From: a virus
Taxonomy: Duplodnaviria > Caudoviricetes
Strand: one strand, 5' to 3'
Length of the DNA: 51,465 nucleotides
Virus record (IMG/VR): IMGVR_UViG_3300025128_000057
Coordinates: 1 to 51,465 of that record
The translations under genes were made by a program, and so were the position numbers. The notes beneath the pieces were generated by a model. The model did no database searches and was not told the origin of the DNA. It worked only from the letters and a program-made list of their open reading frames with translations. Position 1 is the first letter of the stretch, and each line of letters begins with the position of its first letter. Positions 1-6,715 of the stretch are shown here, in pieces.

Positions 1-50
1 ATTAGGGTTTTCATTTGACTGGCTCCTTTGAGGTTTGCGTTTGCTGCCAT
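1..50 (-). CDS. 5' fragment of a gene running off the window (MAANANLKGASQ-MKTL...)
   Basis: Leaderless ATG at 50; in-frame SD (AAGGAG)-led ATG at 14; truncated by window edge. Confidence 0.55.
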   Translation of the reverse strand, partial: MAANANLKGASQMKTL

Positions 51-86
51 GACAATAACTATACACACTAGGGGAACCCCTAGCAA
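50..86 (-). promoter_or_regulatory. Family promoter P1 with palindromic operator
   Basis: Minus strand TTGCTA-17nt-TATAGT-7nt-ATGGCAGCAA; perfect palindrome CTAGGGGAACCCCTAG at 68-83. Confidence 0.85.
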
Positions 87-134
87 CCAAAAAGGGTAAA
101 AAGATGAGAATATTTGAGATTATTTTCTAGGCCC

Positions 135-178
135 AAAAAATGAAGATCCCGTGACCGGTCAGGGGCCACGGGACCTTC
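135..178 (-). terminator. Intrinsic terminator
   Basis: GAAGGTCCCGTGGCC-loop-GGTCACGGGATCTTC then ATTTTTT on minus strand; the right-end copy converts a G-U pair to A-U. Confidence 0.85.
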
Positions 179-180
179 TA

Positions 181-234
181 CTCGTTGGGAGTCAAGGAGG
201 GAGTTATGACAGCAACCGCCTCAACCAACGAGCG
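181..234 (-). ncRNA. Candidate 3'-UTR antisense RNA complementary to the shared early-mRNA leader
   Basis: Hairpin CTCGTTGG...CCAACGAG enclosing GCGGTTGCTGTCAT (anti-leader) and TCCCTCCTTGA (anti-SD); identical in both repeat copies. Confidence 0.6.
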
Positions 235-471
235 TTATGTTGTTCCCTGCACGATAGCAGGAACGTTCTCTTTCAGCCACTGGTCAGCGTGGCGCTGGAA
301 ACCTTCATCCATCATGTAACGCCAGATTGCTTCAGCGTCGTTACCGGCTCTCGTTAGCAGCGTTTCTACAAACTCATCGGGAAGCTGTAGTGAACCAAGC
401 CGGTTCACCAACGTAACTACCGCGGCTTGTTGACGCTTCGACAGATCAGTGATGCGATGAACTACCGTCAT
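235..471 (-). CDS. Hypothetical protein, 78 aa
   Basis: ORF conserved in second copy (50266-50502); 4-nt overlap with upstream gene. Confidence 0.8.
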   Translation of the reverse strand: MTVVHRITDLSKRQQAAVVTLVNRLGSLQLPDEFVETLLTRAGNDAEAIWRYMMDEGFQRHADQWLKENVPAIVQGTT

Positions 472-911
472 TCGATCACCAGCATTTCAAGCGTCGGCTC
501 AAACTCTTGGTCTGCTCTATCGCGTAGGCGTGGGTTCGTGAATCTGTCAACGAACTCGTCGCCGGTGCTGATTTCGCCGTTGTACTCAACCATCAGTTCA
601 TCAGGCATCTGCGTTCCGAACTTGCTGGTACGGGTAGTCCAGTAAACCTCTGGCGTTGGGTACTCAGGGTCAATTTCACTAATCCCGATTCCGAAGCCTT
701 TGTTGGTGCGGTCATCGCCTTGTAGTTCGTTGAAGATCATGCGAGTCAAATAATCTGGGTTGTTCCAAGCGTCACGGTTATCGTCAAGTGCTTTCGCAAG
801 TACCTGACAGATTTGGCTTCCTCTCCAATGTGTGTAAAAGAAGATGCTTGCTTCTCCGCTGGCTTCTCCGACTAGCGGTTGATTGATTTGGATGTTTCCT
901 CTATCACCCAT
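468..911 (-). CDS. Hypothetical phage protein (MGDRG...YTHWRG)
   Basis: ATG 911 with SD GAAAGGA; ORF-track extension to 986 runs through the tRNA-like element; conserved in second copy. Confidence 0.8.
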   Translation of the reverse strand: MGDRGNIQINQPLVGEASGEASIFFYTHWRGSQICQVLAKALDDNRDAWNNPDYLTRMIFNELQGDDRTNKGFGIGISEIDPEYPTPEVYWTTRTSKFGTQMPDELMVEYNGEISTGDEFVDRFTNPRLRDRADQEFEPTLEMLVIE

Positions 912-940
912 GACAGTCCTTTCTGTTGTTGTTGCTGTCG

Positions 941-1008
941 TACTGCGGAGAGGAATTGAACCTCTCACTTCCCCGAACGTCGGCAATTCGGAGGTAGCCT
1001 TTCGCAGC
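941..1008 (-). ncRNA. D-armless tRNA-like element 1
   Basis: Acceptor GCTGCGA/CCGCAGT (6 of 7 paired), T-arm AGAGG-TTCAATT-CCTCT, one central hairpin, discriminator A, then CGACAGCAAC; no CCA. Confidence 0.7.
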
Positions 1009-1023
1009 CCTACCCTGTGTGAA

Positions 1024-1344
1024 TCAGGCGTTCACCCCGTTCATCCGCTTCAAGAAGAATTCAGCGTCTAAAGATTGGACCACTAGGTCGTAGATGTCGT
1101 GCATTTCGCCAAACAACATTTTGGAAGCCAGAGCCTGAGCTTCAGCCATAGTCTTGAAGCTCTTGGAGTGGTCTAGTTCAGGGCAACTCACGACGAAAGA
1201 ATGTTCCTTCTCGCCAGTGCCTGCGGTAACGGTTACGCCTTCAATGGTGACGTTGAAATCAAGATTTGTGCGATTTCCTGTGAAACTTAGTTTGCGTGTT
1301 TCTGTATTCATTTCGGTTCCTCCTACGGTTCCGGTTGCTGTCAT
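1024..1344 (-). CDS. Hypothetical protein (starts 1344 leaderless, 1311 SD-led)
   Basis: First gene after P2; SD AGGAGG before 1311; conserved in second copy. Confidence 0.8.
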   Translation of the reverse strand: MTATGTVGGTEMNTETRKLSFTGNRTNLDFNVTIEGVTVTAGTGEKEHSFVVSCPELDHSKSFKTMAEAQALASKMLFGEMHDIYDLVVQSLDAEFFLKRMNGVNA

Positions 1345-1380
1345 GTAATGAACTATACACACTAGGGCGGCCCCTAGCAA
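1344..1380 (-). promoter_or_regulatory. Family promoter P2
   Basis: TTGCTA-17-TATAGT-7-ATGACAGCAACCG; operator CTAGGGCGGCCCCTAG 1362-1377. Confidence 0.85.
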
Positions 1381-1393
1381 CCTCATCCAGTAA

Positions 1394-1882
1394 TTAATTC
1401 GAAGATTTCCATTTACGGTCACCAGCACCCCCACGCAAACCAGCCTCCAACAAATATTGGCGCGTCTCCTCAGACTGAAATTCGGTTTCCTCAATATGAA
1501 TGTTCGTCGCCACCATGAAACCCTGCCTCGTTAGCACGTTCACGATCCCAGTGTTTCCCGGAGTTGTCTCACGCTCAACAGCGCGCCCCACCTCATCGTA
1601 AAGGTAAACCGCTAACCCTTGATCACGTAACTCACCTAAACGAGTACCAGCTTGGTTCGGTGAAATAGTGCGGCCAGCACCGTTCACAATATGTTCGCTC
1701 AACTCGTAAGCGGTCATGCCACGTTTCGGTTCACGAGCTAACGCTTTTATTGCTTGCGCTTTCTGGCCACCTGACTTGACGTTCCTCGCTGCGACTTGAC
1801 TCGTCTCCGGGTGATCGGCTCCGACTTTGCCGCCGACTTGGTCAGGGTTGAAGCCGAACAGGTTGTATTGCTCATTCGACAT
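1394..1882 (-). CDS. Putative winged-helix DNA-binding protein
   Basis: HPETSQVAA motif followed by MTAYELS...TRLGELRDQGL HTH-like segment. Confidence 0.55.
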   Translation of the reverse strand: MSNEQYNLFGFNPDQVGGKVGADHPETSQVAARNVKSGGQKAQAIKALAREPKRGMTAYELSEHIVNGAGRTISPNQAGTRLGELRDQGLAVYLYDEVGRAVERETTPGNTGIVNVLTRQGFMVATNIHIEETEFQSEETRQYLLEAGLRGGAGDRKWKSSN

Positions 1883-1991
1883 TTTGTTCTCGTTTCGCTT
1901 CGGCTGTTCGTAGCGCTCGTTCGACGTAAGGCATCAGGCGTTCCGGGTCAGCTTTCGCCCATTCCCTGAGGTGCTGTTCGTAGTCGTTCAT
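1872..1991 (-). CDS. Small hypothetical protein, 39 aa (MNDYEQHLREWAKADPERL...)
   Basis: Read manually; fills the gap, ATGA overlap with 1988-2281. Confidence 0.6.
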   Translation of the reverse strand: MNDYEQHLREWAKADPERLMPYVERALRTAEAKREQNVE

Positions 1992-2281
1992 ATCGCTGTG
2001 TCCCAGTCCGGGTGGTCTCCCGCGTGTTCGTAACCGGTTGCTTCTTCAAATCTTCTTTGACCGAGCGAGATTGCTAGGTCTTTGAAGGGGAGATTTGATT
2101 CTTGGTAAATCTCTTCAAAGGATTTTCCGGCGTCATGTAACTGCTGCACTTTTCGGACTATGGCTCTTATAGCGTTGCCATCTTTTCTTTCCAACGCCTC
2201 AGCCGTTTCCTTAATTTCCTTCCGTAGTGAGACAAGTTCAGGGATTGTCATGTCTGCGTGATTGCGCTCAAAGTCCACCAT
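1988..2281 (-). CDS. Hypothetical protein
   Basis: Operon packing, 1-nt overlap with upstream gene. Confidence 0.7.
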   Translation of the reverse strand: MVDFERNHADMTIPELVSLRKEIKETAEALERKDGNAIRAIVRKVQQLHDAGKSFEEIYQESNLPFKDLAISLGQRRFEEATGYEHAGDHPDWDTAI

Positions 2282-2499
2282 TATGCCTCCAGTTCCCAGC
2301 CGTAAGACTTCAAGCCGGTGCGATACTTAGCTACGGTTCCGGTGATGTCTCGTTTAGTGAGTGTCGTGTTCCATGCTTTGTTTTGAATCCGATTCCAGTG
2401 GTCTGTTTCGGTTCGTGATTTAGCTATTTCGTGTTCACGAAGTTTCCACTTATCTTCTAGGCGTTCGTGAATTTCGATAGGTACGAATGCTCTCATCAT
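2281..2499 (-). CDS. Hypothetical protein ending LKSYGWELEA
   Basis: Operon packing. Confidence 0.7.
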   Translation of the reverse strand: MMRAFVPIEIHERLEDKWKLREHEIAKSRTETDHWNRIQNKAWNTTLTKRDITGTVAKYRTGLKSYGWELEA

Positions 2500-2648
2500 G
2501 CTTCTAGCTCCCAGTCGTATGGCTTCAACTCTGTGCCGTGATGGACACGATCTAAAGCCAACTGCATTTCGGCTGCTCGCTGTTCGTCGCGCCGGTCCAG
2601 ATAAACACCGGCACCCATAAGACCGAAGATGAAGATTGCTTCAATCAT
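2496..2648 (-). CDS. Small membrane protein, 50 aa (MIEAIFIFGLMGAGVYL...LKPYDWELEA)
   Basis: Read manually; SD AGGAGG; ATGA overlap; hydrophobic N-terminus. Confidence 0.7.
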   Translation of the reverse strand: MIEAIFIFGLMGAGVYLDRRDEQRAAEMQLALDRVHHGTELKPYDWELEA

Positions 2649-2685
2649 TTTGACAGTTCCTCCTGTTTGGTTTTTGTTGCTGTCG

Positions 2686-2737
2686 TGCCCCGGTGCGGAA
2701 TCGAACCGCCGCTCGGGTAGGAGCGCCAGTCCGGGGC
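2686..2737 (-). ncRNA. D-armless tRNA-like element 2 (52 nt)
   Basis: Perfect acceptor GCCCCGG/CCGGGGC, T-arm GCGG-TTCGATT-CCGC, small hairpin GCTC/GAGC, discriminator A, then CGACAGCAAC. Confidence 0.72.
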
Positions 2738-2744
2738 GAGCCGC

Positions 2745-2996
2745 CTAGAGGCATCCCTTAAGAAGGCTGACGGTCCTTTCCACTTGGATCAGCGTTTCTC
2801 GCGCTTCGTCGGTGCGAGCCGATAAGCGAGTTCGTGCAAAGCGAGTCAGTCCATCACCGGTTTCGGCAAGTTCGGCTTCTAACCTAGCGAGACGAGCTTC
2901 AAGGAACCCCATCATCATGGCAGCGCTGATTTCGTGATCTTCGATTGTCTTGTTCATGACATTTCCTCCTGAGTTTGAGTTTCGGTTTGCTGTCAT
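2745..2996 (-). CDS. Hypothetical coiled-coil protein (starts 2996 leaderless, 2957 SD-led)
   Basis: First gene after P3; SD AGGAGG. Confidence 0.75.
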   Translation of the reverse strand: MTANRNSNSGGNVMNKTIEDHEISAAMMMGFLEARLARLEAELAETGDGLTRFARTRLSARTDEARETLIQVERTVSLLKGCL

Positions 2997-3031
2997 ATAA
3001 GAACTATACATACTAGGGGAACCCCTTGCAA
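2996..3031 (-). promoter_or_regulatory. Family promoter P3
   Basis: TTGCAA-17-TATAGT-6-ATGACAGCAA; operator CTAGGGGAACCCCTTG 3013-3028. Confidence 0.85.
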
Positions 3032-3061
3032 CCTAATTCAGTAAAAAGATTGAAAAAGTTT

Positions 3062-3433
3062 TCAGTCCCAAGAATTACTCAACAACCCAAGCGACTTCGC
3101 CACATCAGGATGACCATGAATCCAGTCATGGCAGCGACGGCAAACAGCGATCGTGTTATCTACGTCAAGGATTGAACCACCGGCTGACCTTTGTAACGGC
3201 TCATGGATATCAGTAGCGCGACCTTGGCAACGATCAGTTCGCCGTTTCTCCTGAGCGTATTCTGCGCCGAAATTGTTTTGGTGCCACATATAGATCGGTT
3301 CACCAGCTTCGCAGAAGGGTCGGACAGCGAGTTGCTCACGAACAAGATTTCGGCGTTGCCCTTGAATCTTCTGCCGTTTCTTCGACACTGACCTGAGTGG
3401 TGTCTTGCGTTGAATCGGGCCGCTACGTTTCAT
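3062..3433 (-). CDS. HNH endonuclease-like protein
   Basis: DIHE...RSAGG...NTIAVCRRCHDWIH; MKRSGPIQRKTPLR N-terminus. Confidence 0.75.
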   Translation of the reverse strand: MKRSGPIQRKTPLRSVSKKRQKIQGQRRNLVREQLAVRPFCEAGEPIYMWHQNNFGAEYAQEKRRTDRCQGRATDIHEPLQRSAGGSILDVDNTIAVCRRCHDWIHGHPDVAKSLGLLSNSWD

Positions 3434-4265
3434 TGGTTACATACCTATCAAGCGGATAGTTGTATTTGTGGTCTTCCCTCAGGTGAGGCGCTCGATCCGG
3501 TGCGATAACTTCATCGAACTCGTCAAGCACTCCGGGTATGTAGGTCCCGTCTTCGCCTTCTTCTGGGTCGTAATAGCCGAACAGTTCTTCTTCGGCTTTC
3601 GCTCGTGCTTCTTTTTCGTAAAGTTCGTATGTCACGAGGATCTTCAATTCGCGCTGCGCCATTAAAGACTGAATGAGCGGATCTACTTCTAGATCATCAT
3701 CATCGGTCGTGATTAGATAATCATCGTGATGGCGCGACAGTTTGCCTGTTTCCCAATTCCACGCGTAATGCTCGCCGTAGTCATGGACAAGGCCGGGTGT
3801 GACTTCTTCGTGCCAGTGGTTGTGGTGAGCGCGACAAAGCCAAGCCGTAGGCCAGTTGTGGTAGTCAGCAAAATAAGATTTAGGGCCAAAGTGGTGGTAT
3901 TCGATATCCGTGTTAGTGCATTGATTCTTTGTGTCAGCCCCGTGTGCGCATTGTCGTTCCTGCTGTGTTTCGTTTACCAACAACACGTCGTTCGCCCACG
4001 GAATATCCATTCGGATATCTTGTGCGTGCCAAACCAACAGATTCTTGATGTATTGACCGGTTCCGAAATACAAAAGTTTGCCGCACTCAGAACACTCTGG
4101 TCTGTTCTGTGTCGCTCCGTTACGAAGCAAACGCACTGTTAACACCGATGGCGCACCGTCGCATCTCTCACAAGTCGGAATTTTGTTGATGAAGTCTTCT
4201 TTGAATTGTTGTCCGGCTTCGGTTAAGTGAGGCAGTTCAGATCTCGTGTCGAATAGCTCAGTCAT
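3423..4265 (-). CDS. Hypothetical protein with CxxC pairs and HNH-like His cluster
   Basis: CERC, CSEC, EYHHFGP...WLCRAHHNHWH. Confidence 0.6.
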   Translation of the reverse strand: MTELFDTRSELPHLTEAGQQFKEDFINKIPTCERCDGAPSVLTVRLLRNGATQNRPECSECGKLLYFGTGQYIKNLLVWHAQDIRMDIPWANDVLLVNETQQERQCAHGADTKNQCTNTDIEYHHFGPKSYFADYHNWPTAWLCRAHHNHWHEEVTPGLVHDYGEHYAWNWETGKLSRHHDDYLITTDDDDLEVDPLIQSLMAQRELKILVTYELYEKEARAKAEEELFGYYDPEEGEDGTYIPGVLDEFDEVIAPDRAPHLREDHKYNYPLDRYVTNET

Positions 4266-4404
4266 TGGTTGCGTTTCCTTTCGTCATCCACGCTGTCGGG
4301 CAGATTTGGAGTTGATGACACGAACAGAATTGTTCGGCCAATAGTTCAGGGTGATCTTCTGTGAAAAGCGTTAACAAGGTTTTTGGGTCTGGTTTCTTCT
4401 TCAT
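4258..4404 (-). CDS. Small Cys-containing protein (MKKKPDPK...CSCHQLQICP)
   Basis: ATG 4404 overlaps upstream stop (ATGA). Confidence 0.55.
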   Translation of the reverse strand: MKKKPDPKTLLTLFTEDHPELLAEQFCSCHQLQICPTAWMTKGNATND

Positions 4405-4946
4405 GGTTGACACGTCCAGTAAAGCCACGAGTCGTTGCCGACTTTCCAAGCGTGATGCGCCATAGCGATGTTTGTTCGGGCAACAAAGATTCGGTCCCAC
4501 ACTTCAGGCGGCCACGCTTCTTCCCAAACATCATTCATCTGAAACAACCCTCTATCGATTGTTCCGTTCGTGTTCGGTTTACTGACTGCCCTCGGGTTCA
4601 TTCTCGATTCACAAGTAGCGACGGCGATGGCTTCCTCACAGTCCCATTCCCATTTCGGGTCACAGATCAACCGTTCCAACTCGGTGAGCGGTTCGTAACT
4701 TGCCAAAACAACTTTGATGGTTGTCGTTGGCATCGTCACCCACGGTTCAACGACCGTAGTGGTCGTAGGCGTTGCGATTGGGATGATTGCCACAGTTGTC
4801 GAAGGCGGTAATGCTATCGTCGTCACCACTGGGGCCGCTGTCGTGGGAATAACACCAGTAGCCACGGGACTTATGACCTGAGTCCTCTGGCCGCTAAACC
4901 CAAAAGCGAACACGACAAAGCACATGGCAGCGGCCACCAGTTTCAT
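4401..4946 (-). CDS. Secreted SLT/lysozyme-like lytic transglycosylase
   Basis: Signal-like MKLVAAAMCFVVFAFGF, Thr/Pro linker, CESRMNPRA (catalytic E) and GLFQ motifs. Confidence 0.8.
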   Translation of the reverse strand: MKLVAAAMCFVVFAFGFSGQRTQVISPVATGVIPTTAAPVVTTIALPPSTTVAIIPIATPTTTTVVEPWVTMPTTTIKVVLASYEPLTELERLICDPKWEWDCEEAIAVATCESRMNPRAVSKPNTNGTIDRGLFQMNDVWEEAWPPEVWDRIFVARTNIAMAHHAWKVGNDSWLYWTCQP

Positions 4947-5308
4947 GATCGTGGCTCGTATTCGCCGCTTGCCCATTGACCGTAGCTGTCCGGTAAACAA
5001 TCTTCGCATGGTCGAAAAGTATCAGTCTTCGTCTCAACGAAACCGGAGTCGCATTTCGGGCACGCTTCCATTCGGTCACGCCTCCCGATCAACGATTGTT
5101 TGCTTGCTTCCTTTTCAGCTAACGCCATGAACTCATCTAAAGATGGGAACTTCGCTCCCGTCCGGGCAACCGTAACAGCCGTTCGGCTGATCACGCTGAT
5201 TGGATGTTGGCTCCATGTGTCTAACCACAGGGTTCGCATTTGCTCCGACGCGTAACTGGTTGGGAACGCCCCAAGGAGCTTGTCGAAGGCTTTCTCAAAT
5301 TGATTCAT
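4943..5308 (-). CDS. Replication-region protein with C-terminal zinc ribbon
   Basis: FPSLDEF motif, CPKC...CEDC; SD GAGG. Confidence 0.6.
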   Translation of the reverse strand: MNQFEKAFDKLLGAFPTSYASEQMRTLWLDTWSQHPISVISRTAVTVARTGAKFPSLDEFMALAEKEASKQSLIGRRDRMEACPKCDSGFVETKTDTFRPCEDCLPDSYGQWASGEYEPRS

Positions 5309-5831
5309 GGCTACCGCCTCGCCCAATCTGTTTCATGCCTTCCATAAGTTCGTCAGGCATTTCAAGTGTCGGATCAGCTTGCTGAAGGCGTCGGCGGTCA
5401 TCACGCTCTTTCGCTGCGTTAAAGGCTTTCACGAAGTGGAACCGATCGTTATCGGGTCGCTCCGAACGACAGAGGTCTCCCCAGCCGCCGCAGGACTTCA
5501 TAGCAGCCTTGATTTCATCATTCAGGTCACCCGGCCCTCCATTAAAACCAACTCGCCTTATACGTTCGCACACAAGCTCCCATGCCTGTTCGCCTGTCAT
5601 GGCCTCAGGGTCATGGATTGCGGCTCGCCGGATAGTCGTGATCGCAGGGAAATAGGCTTGTTCCGTAAGGAGCGTATTCTTCGTTGCTTCCCAAGACCTT
5701 GGGTGAAGATCCCATAGCAAGTTGATGTATTCATCAATCTGAGGGTCAGTCAGTTCCCGGTTGTAAATTTCAGATAGCTCTGTGATCGCTATTGCCGCTG
5801 CCCGTCGCCCTTGCCGTTCTGTCTCGTTCAT
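5295..5831 (-). CDS. Putative replicative helicase loader/inhibitor (G39P-like)
   Basis: YFPAITTIR, EQAWELV...IRRVG, GGWGDLC; directly after initiator. Confidence 0.6.
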   Translation of the reverse strand: MNETERQGRRAAAIAITELSEIYNRELTDPQIDEYINLLWDLHPRSWEATKNTLLTEQAYFPAITTIRRAAIHDPEAMTGEQAWELVCERIRRVGFNGGPGDLNDEIKAAMKSCGGWGDLCRSERPDNDRFHFVKAFNAAKERDDRRRLQQADPTLEMPDELMEGMKQIGRGGSHESI

Positions 5832-6628
5832 AGTTCGCCCCGATCAACTTTGGCTTGCATTCGCTTAAAGGTTTTCTGGCCTGCTGACAACGGTTCGCTG
5901 CCAACGATCTCATCTTCCCAGCGTTTATCACGTACCCAGCGTTCAGGGTCTTGCCTGTATTGCTTCTCCCGTGACGCTGCATATTCCGTTGCCTTCGCAA
6001 TAACCAGTTCGGCCAGAGCCACATCCTTGATGTGTTTGGCCCAATGCTTTTGGGTGGCTGGCTTATTGACCTTCTTGCCATAAACATCCCAGAACTCATC
6101 AAACATTTCAGTGGCAAGTTGTTTCTCATCAACAAGTTCAATTTCGCCCGAATCAAAAAACTCCAGTATTTGAGTTCCTTTTTTATGAGTTTCTATTAAT
6201 GAGTTAATTGGGAGCGCGTTTTCACGCGCCTCGACCCGCGTGGTTTCACGCGCCTCGACCCGCGTGGTTTCGCGCTCCTCCCTTCGCGCGTTATCGCGCG
6301 CTTCCTCAACCACTTCTTTAGGGTAAAGAAGCTCGTACAGGTTGCTGGTCTGGCGTCCATCGTCATACTGAGATTGAACGATGAGCAAACCCTTTTCTTC
6401 TAGTTCAGCCCTCGCCCTGCGGAGTGTGCCTGAGTTGGTGCCTTCAGGTAGTAGTTCAAGTAATGAGCGGCTACTAGGAAAGCACTTGTTCGTTTTAGTG
6501 TTACGGAACTTTGCAAGAGCGATCCATAACCGTAGGGCGGTCGGTGACAATTTCACCTGTAGCAGGTCAACGGGTATGTGGATAGTGTTTGCATCCCACT
6601 TTGCCATTTTTGTGTTAGGCTGGTTCAT
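5828..6628 (-). CDS. Replication initiator (N-terminal HTH, C-terminal FDEFWDVY..K domain)
   Basis: LSPTALRLWIAL...CFPS...TLRRARAELEEKGL...QTSNLY; internal DNA repeats. Confidence 0.75.
   Translation of the reverse strand: MNQPNTKMAKWDANTIHIPVDLLQVKLSPTALRLWIALAKFRNTKTNKCFPSSRSLLELLPEGTNSGTLRRARAELEEKGLLIVQSQYDDGRQTSNLYELLYPKEVVEEARDNARREERETTRVEARETTRVEARENALPINSLIETHKKGTQILEFFDSGEIELVDEKQLATEMFDEFWDVYGKKVNKPATQKHWAKHIKDVALAELVIAKATEYAASREKQYRQDPERWVRDKRWEDEIVGSEPLSAGQKTFKRMQAKVDRGEL
6155..6302. repeat. Iteron-like repeats plus AT-rich tract (candidate origin)
   Basis: 24-bp TTTCACGCGCCTCGACCCGCGTGG twice plus degenerate CGCG units; AT-rich 6155-6210. Confidence 0.6.
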
Positions 6629-6662
6629 ACCAGCACTCCTTCCATAGTGTTGGTTTCATTGG

Positions 6663-6710
6663 ACTGAAAATGACCCACCCGAGACTCTCACCTCGGGTGG
6701 GCCTTTCAGT
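6663..6710 (-). terminator. Strong hairpin/terminator after DUF932-like gene
   Basis: CCCACCCGAG/CTCGGGTGGG stem followed by TCATTTT on minus strand. Confidence 0.6.
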
Positions 6711-6715
6711 TTAGC

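Larger units (their letters stand above)
11..1442. repeat. Diverged direct repeat, left copy (matches about 50052-51465)
   Basis: Same three ORFs, promoters, terminator and tRNA-like element; 69/78 aa identical for the 78-aa ORF; last ~115 nt identical. Confidence 0.95.

Noticed and set aside
206-319. Plus-strand 37-aa ORF with SD AAGGAGG and ATGACAGCAACC
   Set aside because: Antisense to 235-471, no plus-strand promoter seen, and G-U pairs favour the minus-strand RNA; kept only as the alternative to the antisense model
941-2737. Calling the two T-arm elements true tRNA genes
   Set aside because: No D-arm, no 7-nt anticodon loop, no CCA; the loop is deleted in the second copy
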